Shown here: piece by piece, positions 8,069-16,364 of the stretch | Layout: every line of letters begins with the position of its first letter | How positions within the stretch are numbered: position 1 is the stretch's first letter | Source: a virus | Lineage: Duplodnaviria > Caudoviricetes | Length of the DNA stretch: 34,258 bases | IMG/VR virus record: IMGVR_UViG_3300038556_000046 | Span: 1-34,258 of that record | Reading direction: 5' to 3' (one strand) | Program-made: the position numbers and the translations under genes | The notes under the pieces: model-generated | What the model was told of the DNA's origin: nothing | Database searches by the model: none | The model's input: only the letters and a program-made list of their open reading frames with translations

Positions 8069-8427
8069 CGGCCCGGCCCGAGCAAGCGGCGCAGCGCGCC
8101 ATCGTCGACTATCTCCGGCTGGCGGTCCCGCGCGCGGTCGTCTTCCACGTTCCGAACGGCGGATGGCGCAGCCGCGCCGAAGCCGGGATCTTGAAGTCGC
8201 TCGGCGTCGTCGCCGGCGTCTCGGACCTCGTCATCCTGTTTCACGACGGCCGCGTCGCCTTCGTTGAGATCAAGGCCGATAAGGGGCGCGTGTCGCAGGC
8301 GCAGAACGACTTTCTGGCCGCTGTCGCCGGCTTCGGCCACTTGACCGCGATCGTCCGCGGCGTCTCGGACATGGGCGACCGGCTGGCAGAATGGGGCGTG
8401 CGGACGCGCGTCAAGGTGGCGGCATGA
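8065..8427 (+). CDS. VRR-NUC nuclease (putative junction resolvase)
   Basis: FHVPNGG.R...GVVAGVSDL...FVEIKADKGRVSQAQ PD-(D/E)xK motif; ATG 8065 is coupled to the upstream stop. Confidence 0.9.
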   Translation: MTARPEQAAQRAIVDYLRLAVPRAVVFHVPNGGWRSRAEAGILKSLGVVAGVSDLVILFHDGRVAFVEIKADKGRVSQAQNDFLAAVAGFGHLTAIVRGVSDMGDRLAEWGVRTRVKVAA

Positions 8428-8624
8428 CGAAGGTGTCTATCGGTCAGCAGATCGAAGGCGTCGGCCAGGCGATGCGCGACCAGGCCAAGGACGCCGCGCG
8501 GACGTCGGTCGGCGCCTACCAACGCGCTCGCCTCGAGGCCGCGCGCTCGACGCTCGAGCTCGTCGCCGAGCATGCCGAGGATTTCCGCGCGCTGATCGAA
8601 CGCAAGAGGGAGGGCGCCCGATGA
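8424..8624 (+). CDS. Hypothetical protein (66 aa)
   Basis: MTKVSIGQQIEG...; ATGA-coupled at both ends. Confidence 0.7.
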   Translation: MTKVSIGQQIEGVGQAMRDQAKDAARTSVGAYQRARLEAARSTLELVAEHAEDFRALIERKREGAR

Positions 8625-9328
8625 CCGGTCCCTGGATGAAGTTCTTTCCGTCGGACTGGCGCGCCGATCCGTCACTGCGCATGTGCTCGGTCGGCGCGCG
8701 CGGCCTGTGGATGGAATTGCTCTGCATCATGCACGAAGCGCAGCCGCGCGGCTCGCTGGTCGTCAACGGCCGGTCTCTCAATGATCGCCAGATCGCAGCT
8801 CTTGCAGGCGCCCGGCTCGACGAAGTTTCAGCATGGCTCGCCGAACTCGAGGATGCTGGCGTCTTCAGCCGCGAAGACGACGGGACCATCTACAGCCGTC
8901 GGATGCGCCGGGACGTCGAGAAAGAGGAAGCCGACAAGGCGAACGGCCGCAAGGGCGGCAACCCCACCCTTAAGGCAGGGGTTAACCCCCCGGTTGGCAA
9001 GGGGGATAAAGCCCATATGCCAGAGGCCAGAAAGCTAGAACCAGATCCAGACAAGAAAGATAGATCATCCTATCTCTCTGGTTCAGTTGCCGCGAAGCCT
9101 GCAGCGTCGAGGCCTGTCGCAAAGGCCTTCCCGGCTGACGGCTCGATCTCATATGGCCCCTTCGCAGAGATCAGCCGGCGAGTGAAGCCGAACGTCGATC
9201 CAGATCGGATTGCGCAGGCCTTCCGCGACTTCTGCCACAGCCAAGCACCCCCCATCCCCTTCGACGATCCGCGCATTGAACGCCGCTTCGAAGGCTTCGC
9301 ACGCAATCACCAGGTCAGGGGGCATTAA
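8621..9328 (+). CDS. Phage replication initiator (DUF1376/YdaU-like N-terminus)
   Basis: PWMKFFPSDWRAD..LRMCSVGARGLWMELLCIMH...IYSRRM...NGRKGG; central palindromic and purine-skewed tract. Confidence 0.8.
   Translation: MTGPWMKFFPSDWRADPSLRMCSVGARGLWMELLCIMHEAQPRGSLVVNGRSLNDRQIAALAGARLDEVSAWLAELEDAGVFSREDDGTIYSRRMRRDVEKEEADKANGRKGGNPTLKAGVNPPVGKGDKAHMPEARKLEPDPDKKDRSSYLSGSVAAKPAASRPVAKAFPADGSISYGPFAEISRRVKPNVDPDRIAQAFRDFCHSQAPPIPFDDPRIERRFEGFARNHQVRGH
8960..9085. other. Candidate replication origin inside the initiator gene
   Basis: Palindromes CCTTAAGG (8968-8975) and GGGGTTAACCCC (8978-8989), related GGGGATAAAGCCC, then an A-rich strand-asymmetric CCAGA repeat tract. Confidence 0.55.
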
Positions 9329-9333
9329 GGGCC

Positions 9334-10005
9334 ATGAGCCGCAAGCAAGCAGACGGTTGGAAGGAAATCGACGCCACGGAAGACAATCCGTTGGTGCCGG
9401 TCCCTCATGGCGACCTCTGGTTTGTGGCCACGTGCCAGTCGGGAGGCGAGCGCGCCGCCGTCGCTGCGCTGCAGCGGTACGAGCATGTCGCATGGTTTCC
9501 GCAGATGACGCTCTGGCACAAGTTCGAGCGCGACAAGCGTCGTGTGAAAATGAACCGACCCGTCTTCCCCGGCTATCTGTTCGTCAGCCCGCGCGTGGAA
9601 AGCGAGCTCGTCCCGCTCGCTTCGACCGCTGCCGACATTTCGGACGTGGCGCTCCGTAATGGGCTGATCAGTCGGGCTCGACGACAGCGTGTCGTCGCTG
9701 GCGTGACCGAAGCCGGTCAATGGATCAAATGGCTCTGCGGCGACCTAGAGAAGTCCCGTATTGCTGCCGGCAAGCTTCGCGACCTGTCCGACGCACAAGG
9801 CCATGGCGTTTTCATCAAATGGAAGAACGCGCCACCCCCTACCCTGCAGGCTGGCGACAGAGTGCAAGCGACCTCCGGTCCATTCGCAGGCTTTGCTGGC
9901 ATCGTCGAAAAGTCAGCCGAAGGCCGGACCCGTGCGCTCCTGCATATCTTCGGCCGCCCGACGCCTGCAGACTTCGACACATCAGAGCTGCGAAAGATCG
10001 CGTAA
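9334..10005 (+). CDS. NusG/RfaH-like transcription antitermination factor (NGN plus KOW)
   Basis: WFVATCQSGGE...PVFPGYLFV (NGN) and GDRVQATSGPFAGFAGIV...LLHIFGRPTP (KOW); last early gene. Confidence 0.92.
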   Translation: MSRKQADGWKEIDATEDNPLVPVPHGDLWFVATCQSGGERAAVAALQRYEHVAWFPQMTLWHKFERDKRRVKMNRPVFPGYLFVSPRVESELVPLASTAADISDVALRNGLISRARRQRVVAGVTEAGQWIKWLCGDLEKSRIAAGKLRDLSDAQGHGVFIKWKNAPPPTLQAGDRVQATSGPFAGFAGIVEKSAEGRTRALLHIFGRPTPADFDTSELRKIA

Positions 10006-10010
10006 ATACG

Positions 10011-10110
10011 TTGACAAGCGCGATCGTTTCGGGCACGAAATGATTGTCGGACCTTGGACGCCTTCCAAGCGTCCCTGCTGTGCAATGGAGCGAAAAGCTC
10101 TGACATTGCG
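10011..10110 (+). promoter_or_regulatory. Candidate late promoter with structured leader
   Basis: TTGACA at 10011-10016 right after the NusG-like stop, with a weak -10. Hairpins at 10023-10044, 10056-10074 and 10082-10109. Confidence 0.5.
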
Positions 10111-10429
10111 CCTTACGCTAATCCCCTTGAGAGGCCGCTGCGGACGCTCGCATGGCTCAAATACAGCTGAATAGGGCCAGGACAGGCTGCGCCAAGCCTT
10201 GCGGCATAAGCCGGGCGATCCCGCCTCATTGAACCCGCCGCACGGCAAGTTTTCTTCGCTTTCGAATTATCTTTCTGCATTGCTTTGCCAACGATGTGAT
10301 TCACGAAACCCGGACGCCAACTCGATCAAGTCACTTTGGTGCCCAATTTGGTCACGGGCGCCTCTGTGTTATTCAGGGAGATGAATCGCCCCTGGTGCTC
10401 CCAGGCAAAGCCGTCTGGAGGACCAGTTC

Positions 10430-11848
10430 ATGGCTACCGTTCGTGACCACACTGCCCTGACATTCGGTGGACACTGGCTGGCAAATAGTGGTGGACCGTC
10501 AGCATATGGGCAGCCTGCCCTGCTGACGTTTTCATTTCCGACCTCTGCGCCACCATCAATGGTTGCGCGACCAGGGGCAGCTGCGGCGGCAAGTTTTCAA
10601 CCTTTCAACGAGATTGAAAAGGTCCAGGCGCGCTTAGCTCTCCAGCAATTCGCGGACGCATCGGGTCTCACATTCGTCGAGGTTTCGGGCAATGCCGGCG
10701 ATATTCGATTTGGCTATATCCAAGAAAACACCGTTAATCACGGCAACTTTGGAGGAATTGGCTTTGGACCGTATAACGCGTTTTATTCCTTCAATAACGT
10801 AACATATCCTAATCGGGATAGTTATCTTCTTACTTTAGGCACAGACTTAACTGCGGGAGGAGATACTTTCTACAATCTCAATTATCGGCAGCAGTGGCAA
10901 AATGACAACAATATGGTCCATACCCTACTTCACGAGATTGGTCATGCGATCGGCCTCAAGCACCCTCACGAAGGTGAAAATCAGCTCGATAAATTGATTG
11001 ATAATACGTCGACGACTGTAATGAGCTATGTCAACAATCAAAAGCGAGTTACTTCGCTCGGCCCTCTTGATATTGAAGCGATTCAAGTTCTTTATAGCAC
11101 AAATGACAAGGATGGAATTCAATATGCTAATTGGAGCTTTAATGGAACGACGGAAACATTCACTCTCATAGCTAAAGACTCGGGTGGCCCCCTGCGCGGC
11201 ACCGGGGCGCGTGACATCATCCAGGGAGGCCCAGGTGCCGATGTCGTTACGGCTGGCGACGGCAATGATGTCATCTCACCTGGAAAAGGTCTTGACAATG
11301 TCTCGGGCGGTCCTGGACTGGATTGGCTCATTCTTAATGTCGCTCGCAGCAGTGCAAGGCTGGAATTTCGGCCGAATGATTTTTGGACAGTGAGTTCGGC
11401 TGAGGGCAACAAGCTGATCTTCGACATTGAGCGGCTCCAGTTTCTCGACCAGATCGTCGCTTTCGATGCCGGCGCCGCGCAAACGTATCGATTGTATCAA
11501 GCGGCGTTCGCTCGCACGCCGGACCAGGGCGGCCTGAGTTTTTGGGTCGACAAGGTGGATGATGGCGCCGCGCTCCGAGACGTCGCAAGTGGCTTCATCG
11601 GTTCTCCTGAGTTTGAGAGCAGCTATGGGATGACTGCATCTCCGGAACGATACGTCGAGAAGTTCTATCAAAACGTGCTTGGACGATCCGGCGAGGCGTC
11701 GGGCGTCGTGTTCTGGACAAATGAGCTAAAGCGCGGCGTTCCACTAGCCGAGGTTTTGCTGGGATTCGCCGAGAGTTCTGAAAATGTGGCGCGGCTTGCT
11801 CCCATGATTGGGCAAGGCGTCGCGCTCGATCCTTCCTATTTCGTGTAA
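10430..11848 (+). CDS. Serralysin-like M10 zinc metalloprotease with RTX repeats and C-terminal DUF4214 domain (moron)
   Basis: HEIGHAIGLKH zinc motif, TVMSY Met-turn, GGPGAD/GDGND/GGPGLD repeats, and RLYQAAFARTPDQGGLSFW...FIGSPEF...YQNVLGR. GGAGG SD; low GC. Confidence 0.92.
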   Translation: MATVRDHTALTFGGHWLANSGGPSAYGQPALLTFSFPTSAPPSMVARPGAAAAASFQPFNEIEKVQARLALQQFADASGLTFVEVSGNAGDIRFGYIQENTVNHGNFGGIGFGPYNAFYSFNNVTYPNRDSYLLTLGTDLTAGGDTFYNLNYRQQWQNDNNMVHTLLHEIGHAIGLKHPHEGENQLDKLIDNTSTTVMSYVNNQKRVTSLGPLDIEAIQVLYSTNDKDGIQYANWSFNGTTETFTLIAKDSGGPLRGTGARDIIQGGPGADVVTAGDGNDVISPGKGLDNVSGGPGLDWLILNVARSSARLEFRPNDFWTVSSAEGNKLIFDIERLQFLDQIVAFDAGAAQTYRLYQAAFARTPDQGGLSFWVDKVDDGAALRDVASGFIGSPEFESSYGMTASPERYVEKFYQNVLGRSGEASGVVFWTNELKRGVPLAEVLLGFAESSENVARLAPMIGQGVALDPSYFV

Positions 11849-11998
11849 GCAGTACATCGCTAAATCAAAGTCTTCTGAGATTTTCGCATAGCCGCGACTG
11901 GTGTCTTTGAATTCCGCGGCACCGAATTCAGCAAAATCAATGATTACGGGCCGCGTATGATCGCCATCCCGTGCCTTTGCCAGAACACTGATCGGAGG

Positions 11999-12021
11999 CC
12001 GCGCCGCTCAGACCGGCGCGG
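11999..12021 (+). promoter_or_regulatory. CUCAGAC stem-loop copy 1, between SD and terS start
   Basis: CCGCGCCG-CTCAGAC-CGGCGCGG; GGAGG at 11994-11998, ATG at 12030. Confidence 0.7.
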
Positions 12022-12029
12022 ACAACGCC

Positions 12030-12302
12030 ATGCCTAAAGTAGGACTGGATAGGGCCAAGACCGGCCGCGCTAAGGGGACCCCGAACAAGACGACGGCGCT
12101 GCTTAAGGATGCGCTGTTGCAGGCCGCGACCGAAGCCGGCGGCAAGGATGGCCTTGTCGGCTATCTCAAAATGCGCGCGCTCGACACGCCCGGCCCGTTC
12201 CTCGCGCTGCTTGGCAAGGTTCTGCCGCTGCAGGTCACTGGCGAGGGAGACGGGCCGGTCCAGGTCGTGATCAAGCGCTTTGCCTCAGATCCAGCTTCCT
12301 AA
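12030..12302 (+). CDS. terS: Terminase small subunit
   Basis: GRAKGTPNKTT...FLALLGKVLPLQVTGEGDGPV; directly upstream of and overlapping terL. Confidence 0.8.
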   Translation: MPKVGLDRAKTGRAKGTPNKTTALLKDALLQAATEAGGKDGLVGYLKMRALDTPGPFLALLGKVLPLQVTGEGDGPVQVVIKRFASDPAS

Positions 12303-13656
12303 CGGCTGGACCCCGCGGCCTTACCAAAGGCCGATGTGGGATTATCTCGAGCGTGGCGGCGATCGTGCGATCGGGATCTGGCATAGGCGAGCCGGCAAGG
12401 ACGACGTTCTCTTGCACCGGACAGCCATTGCGGCGTTCGAACGGCCTGCAGCCTACTGGACCTGTCTGCCGGAATACGCGCAGGCTCGGAAGGCTCTATG
12501 GTCCGCGGTCGACGCTCACACCGGCCGGCGCCGCATTGACCAGGCCTTCCCGCATGAATTGCGCGAGGCCACGAATGAACAAGAGATGTTCATCCGGTTC
12601 AAGAACGGATCGACCTGGCAGCTGGTCGGCTCCGATCGTTACGACAGCCTGGTCGGCGCTGGCGTCGCTGGCGTCACGTTCTCCGAATGGGCTTTGGCCA
12701 ATCCGTCGGCATGGGGCTACATTCGGCCGATGGTCGAGGAAAACCGCGGATGGGCGGCTTTCATCACCACGCCGCGCGGCCGGAACCACGCCAAGGCCAT
12801 GCACGACATGGCCAAGGCAAACCCGCGCTGGTTTGCCGAAGTTCTGCCGGTCACGGCGACGGGCGCCCTGACCAAGCAGCAGCTCGACGAAGGCCTGGCG
12901 GAGTACAAGAGCCTGTACGGCGCCGACGTCGGCCAGGCGCAGTTCGAACAGGAATATCTCTGTTCCTTCAACGCCGCGATTCTCGGCGCCTTCTATGCCC
13001 GCGAAATGCTGGCGTTGCGGTCGCAAGGCCGAGTCATGGAATTCGAGCCGGTCGACGGCCTGCCGATCCATCGGGCTTGGGATATTGGCGTCCGCGACGA
13101 CACGTCAATTTGGTGGTTCCAGGTCATCAGCGGCCGACCCTGGATCCTCGACTGCTACACGGCGTCAGGCGCTGGCGTCGATCATTATGCCGACGTCGTC
13201 CAGAACCGCGGATGGGAATGGACGACCGGGACCGACTTCGTCCCGCATGACGCCAAGCAGCGCGTTTGGGCTATGGACGGCGCGCCGCAGACGCTTGAAG
13301 CCATGGTGAAGCACGGCCTGCGGCCGCAGCTCATCAAGGACGCCAGCAAGCTCGACGGGATCAACGCGGCCCGCGCGACGCTGGCCAAGGCCGTCTTCCA
13401 TCCGCGTTGCGAGGATCCCGGCCTGTCCGCGCTCGAGATGTATCGGCGCGAATGGGACGACGAACGCAAGATGTTCAAGGCCAACGAAATCCACGACTGG
13501 ACGTCGCACCTGGCCGACGCATTCCGCTATCTCGCGCTGTCATGGCGCGCCGCGCCGGCCCGCCTCGAGCTGCCGCGCGTCAGGGTACCGAAACCCGGTC
13601 AGCTCAGGCTACCGCCGCCGCCGGACGTCTCACGCAAGGGGAGAATTGCCGTATGA
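12280..13656 (+). CDS. terL: Terminase large subunit
   Basis: PRPYQ, Walker A WHRRAGKD, Walker B VTFSE, ITTPRG, nuclease WDIG..DDT and SHLADAFRY; TTG start. Confidence 0.93.
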   Translation: MPQIQLPNGWTPRPYQRPMWDYLERGGDRAIGIWHRRAGKDDVLLHRTAIAAFERPAAYWTCLPEYAQARKALWSAVDAHTGRRRIDQAFPHELREATNEQEMFIRFKNGSTWQLVGSDRYDSLVGAGVAGVTFSEWALANPSAWGYIRPMVEENRGWAAFITTPRGRNHAKAMHDMAKANPRWFAEVLPVTATGALTKQQLDEGLAEYKSLYGADVGQAQFEQEYLCSFNAAILGAFYAREMLALRSQGRVMEFEPVDGLPIHRAWDIGVRDDTSIWWFQVISGRPWILDCYTASGAGVDHYADVVQNRGWEWTTGTDFVPHDAKQRVWAMDGAPQTLEAMVKHGLRPQLIKDASKLDGINAARATLAKAVFHPRCEDPGLSALEMYRREWDDERKMFKANEIHDWTSHLADAFRYLALSWRAAPARLELPRVRVPKPGQLRLPPPPDVSRKGRIAV

Positions 13657-13668
13657 GGATGATCCCGC

Positions 13669-16002
13669 TTGGCTGACGAAGCCGATCCGCTCGACGACAC
13701 CGCCGACAAGCCGTCCAAGCGCAGCAAGAGCGCCAAGGGATGGCTTGACCTGATCGCGCAGGCCGAAAAGGCTTTCTCGGCGTGGCAGGACAAGGCCGAC
13801 GGGATCGAAAAGCTCTATGCCGACCTGGAAAAGCTGTCCGGCATTGGCCGCGACCGCGAGTTTCAGCTGTTTTGGGCCAATATCCAAGTCCTTGGACCGT
13901 CGATCTACTCGCGCGCGCCGGTCCCGGTCGTCGTCCCGCGCTTCAAGGATCGGCGCCCGCTGCCGCGGACCGCGTCCGAACTGCTTGAACGCTGCGCCAT
14001 CGTTCAATTCGAGCTCGAGGATATCGACAGCGTCATGCGGCTTGCCCGCGACGATCTCAACATCGTTGCCCGCGGCGCCTTGTGGGCCCGCTACGTCGAG
14101 AAAGACGGCGAGGATTCCGAGACGGTATGCGTCGAGCACGTCGACCGCCGCGATTTCCTGCACGACCCGGCCCGCAAGTGGAAGGAAGTCGATTGGGTTG
14201 CGCGCCGCTCATGGCTGACCAAGGAAGCGGCCCGCAAGCGCTTCGCCAAGACGTCCGGCGACGCCTACAAGACCCTGGCCTATGGCAAGCCGAAGGACCG
14301 CGACGGCGCCGACGACGGCCGGATGAAAGCAGCCGTTTGGGAACTGTGGAGCAAGAGCCAGGATCTCGTCGTTTGGGTTTCCGAGGGCTGCGACGTCGTT
14401 CTGGACCAGGACAAGCCGCATCTGAAGCTGCAGGACTTCTTCCCCTGCCCGCGGCCAGCCTACGCCACGACGAAGCCGCGGACCCTGCAGCCGATCCCTG
14501 ACGCGCTGTTCTACAAGGACCAGCTCGAGGAAATTAACGAAGCGACGGCCCGCATTGCCGCGCTGACCGAAGCGCTGCGCGTCGCCGGCTTCTATCCCGC
14601 AGGCTCCGGCGAAATCGCCGACGCCGTCGAAGCCGCCATGGCGTCGACCGACAGTCGCGTGAAGCTCATCCCGATTTCGAATTGGGCGGCGCTCGGCGGC
14701 TCCGGCGCCAAGGACATGGTCATCTGGTGGCCGATCGCTGACGTCGCCAAGGTCGTCAGTGAGCTCGTCGCCATTCGCAAGCAGCTGATCGAAGACGTTT
14801 ACCAGATCATGGGGCTGTCGGACATCATGCGCGGCTCGACCGAGGCCAGCGAAACGCTCGGCGCGCAGCAGTTGAAGTCGCAATACGGCTCGGTCCGGAT
14901 CCGCGACAAGCAGTCCGAACTGGTCCGCATCGCCCGCGACCTGACGCGCATCGTCGCCGAGATCATGGCAGAGAATTTCAAGGGCAAGACGCTCTTGGAT
15001 ATGTCGCAACTCGAGATCCCGACCGACGCCGAGATCGCCAAGCAGGTCGCGCCGCTCGAGAAGATGGCGCGCCAGATTACCGCCGAGCTGCGCCAGGCTG
15101 AAACCGACCCGCGACTGGTCGAGGCCGCGCAGAAGAACGCGGAAGCCGCTCAACAGATCCTGCAGGAGGCGCAACAGCGGCTGCAGGGCATTGGTCAGCA
15201 GATCGAAAAGCTGAAAGAGACGGTCACCATCGAAAAGGTCGTCGATTTCCTGCGCGACCAGCGGCTGCGGCCGTTCGTGCTCGACATCGAAACCGACAGC
15301 ACGATCGCGCCGGACGAAAACGCGGCCAAGCAGCGCGCTACGGAATTCGTCACGGCCGTCGGCGGCGCCATGAACCAGGCCGCGCCGCTGCTGATGCAAC
15401 TGCCGCAGGCCGGTCCGTTGCTCGCCGAGACGCTGAAATACCTGGCCAGCCAATACCGCGCCGGCCGCCAGCTCGAGCAAGAGATCGAGACGTTCGCGGA
15501 CGGCCTGAAACAGCAGGCCGGACAGCCGAAGCCGCCGGATCCCGCGCAGGCGAAGGCCGAAGCCGACGCCAAGGCCACTGCCGACGCCGCTGCGATCGAA
15601 CAGCAACGCGCGGCCGCCGAGCTGCAGGACAAGGAAGTCGAGCGCGCCGAGCGCGTCGCGGCGCTGCGCGAGCGCCAGGCCGAAGAGGCCGCGCGCGACG
15701 CCATGCGCCAGCGCGAGATCGCGAACAAGGACCGCGAGGCCGGGATCAAGCACCAGGCGCTGATCGACGCTGGCGACATGGCCGCGCGCAAGCACGCGCA
15801 GGACATGGATATTGGCGCGCTGCAGCTCGACAAGCTCCGGCTCGAGATTGGCCGCGTCCAGACGCAGACAGCCGCGACGATCGCCACGACGGACGCGAAC
15901 ATCGCCGCGACCGAGGCCAAGACCGACGCCAACCTTGAAGCGCAGGCCGCAGGGCTCGTCATGAAGCAGGACGCCGCGGCCCTAACGGCGATTGAACCAT
16001 GA
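13669..16002 (+). CDS. Portal protein (long C-terminal coiled coil)
   Basis: 777-aa ORF after terL; TLGAQQLK motif and a helical Gln/Ala-rich barrel-like C-terminus. Confidence 0.85.
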   Translation: MADEADPLDDTADKPSKRSKSAKGWLDLIAQAEKAFSAWQDKADGIEKLYADLEKLSGIGRDREFQLFWANIQVLGPSIYSRAPVPVVVPRFKDRRPLPRTASELLERCAIVQFELEDIDSVMRLARDDLNIVARGALWARYVEKDGEDSETVCVEHVDRRDFLHDPARKWKEVDWVARRSWLTKEAARKRFAKTSGDAYKTLAYGKPKDRDGADDGRMKAAVWELWSKSQDLVVWVSEGCDVVLDQDKPHLKLQDFFPCPRPAYATTKPRTLQPIPDALFYKDQLEEINEATARIAALTEALRVAGFYPAGSGEIADAVEAAMASTDSRVKLIPISNWAALGGSGAKDMVIWWPIADVAKVVSELVAIRKQLIEDVYQIMGLSDIMRGSTEASETLGAQQLKSQYGSVRIRDKQSELVRIARDLTRIVAEIMAENFKGKTLLDMSQLEIPTDAEIAKQVAPLEKMARQITAELRQAETDPRLVEAAQKNAEAAQQILQEAQQRLQGIGQQIEKLKETVTIEKVVDFLRDQRLRPFVLDIETDSTIAPDENAAKQRATEFVTAVGGAMNQAAPLLMQLPQAGPLLAETLKYLASQYRAGRQLEQEIETFADGLKQQAGQPKPPDPAQAKAEADAKATADAAAIEQQRAAAELQDKEVERAERVAALRERQAEEAARDAMRQREIANKDREAGIKHQALIDAGDMAARKHAQDMDIGALQLDKLRLEIGRVQTQTAATIATTDANIAATEAKTDANLEAQAAGLVMKQDAAALTAIEP

Positions 16003-16334
16003 AGCGCGGAAGCTGGATTTACGACAAGTCGACCGGCGAGCTCGTCGAGCGCGAGGAATTCTATGCGCGCCAGCCGGCGCCGAAGCGCTCCGGCCTCGCC
16101 GCGCCGCTGATCATGGGCGACAGCATGGCGCCCGTTCAATCGATGCTCGACGGCAAGATGTACGACAGCAAGTCGGCCTTGCGAGCAACCTACAAGGCCG
16201 CAGGCGTCGTCGAGGTCGGCAACGACCCGGCCCGGCTCCGGCCTCGCCAGCGTCCGAAGGTCGACCGGAAGGCGATCAAGGACACGCTCGACCGGGCTGC
16301 GGCCCGCTTCAACCGCGGCGAGCGCGCCGCTTAA
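15999..16334 (+). CDS. Hypothetical head-module protein
   Basis: SMLDGKMYDSKSALRATYKAAGVVEVGND; ATGA-coupled between portal and scaffold. Confidence 0.8.
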   Translation: MKRGSWIYDKSTGELVEREEFYARQPAPKRSGLAAPLIMGDSMAPVQSMLDGKMYDSKSALRATYKAAGVVEVGNDPARLRPRQRPKVDRKAIKDTLDRAAARFNRGERAA

Positions 16335-16342
16335 ACTTCGCA

Positions 16343-16357
16343 TCCTCTCAGACAGGA
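16343..16357 (+). promoter_or_regulatory. CUCAGAC stem-loop copy 2, sequestering the scaffold SD
   Basis: TCCT-CTCAGAC-AGGA; the AGGA lies 7 nt before ATG 16365. Confidence 0.65.
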
Positions 16358-16364
16358 ACAAGCC

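Noticed and set aside
8970-8985. Possible CtrA box (TTAA...TTAA)
   Set aside because: The spacer is 8 nt rather than the canonical 7; better explained as origin palindromes.
11933-11947. AAAATCAATGATTAC, reminiscent of recombinase-associated motifs, at the moron's right edge
   Set aside because: Single imperfect copy with no partner at the other edge of the moron.
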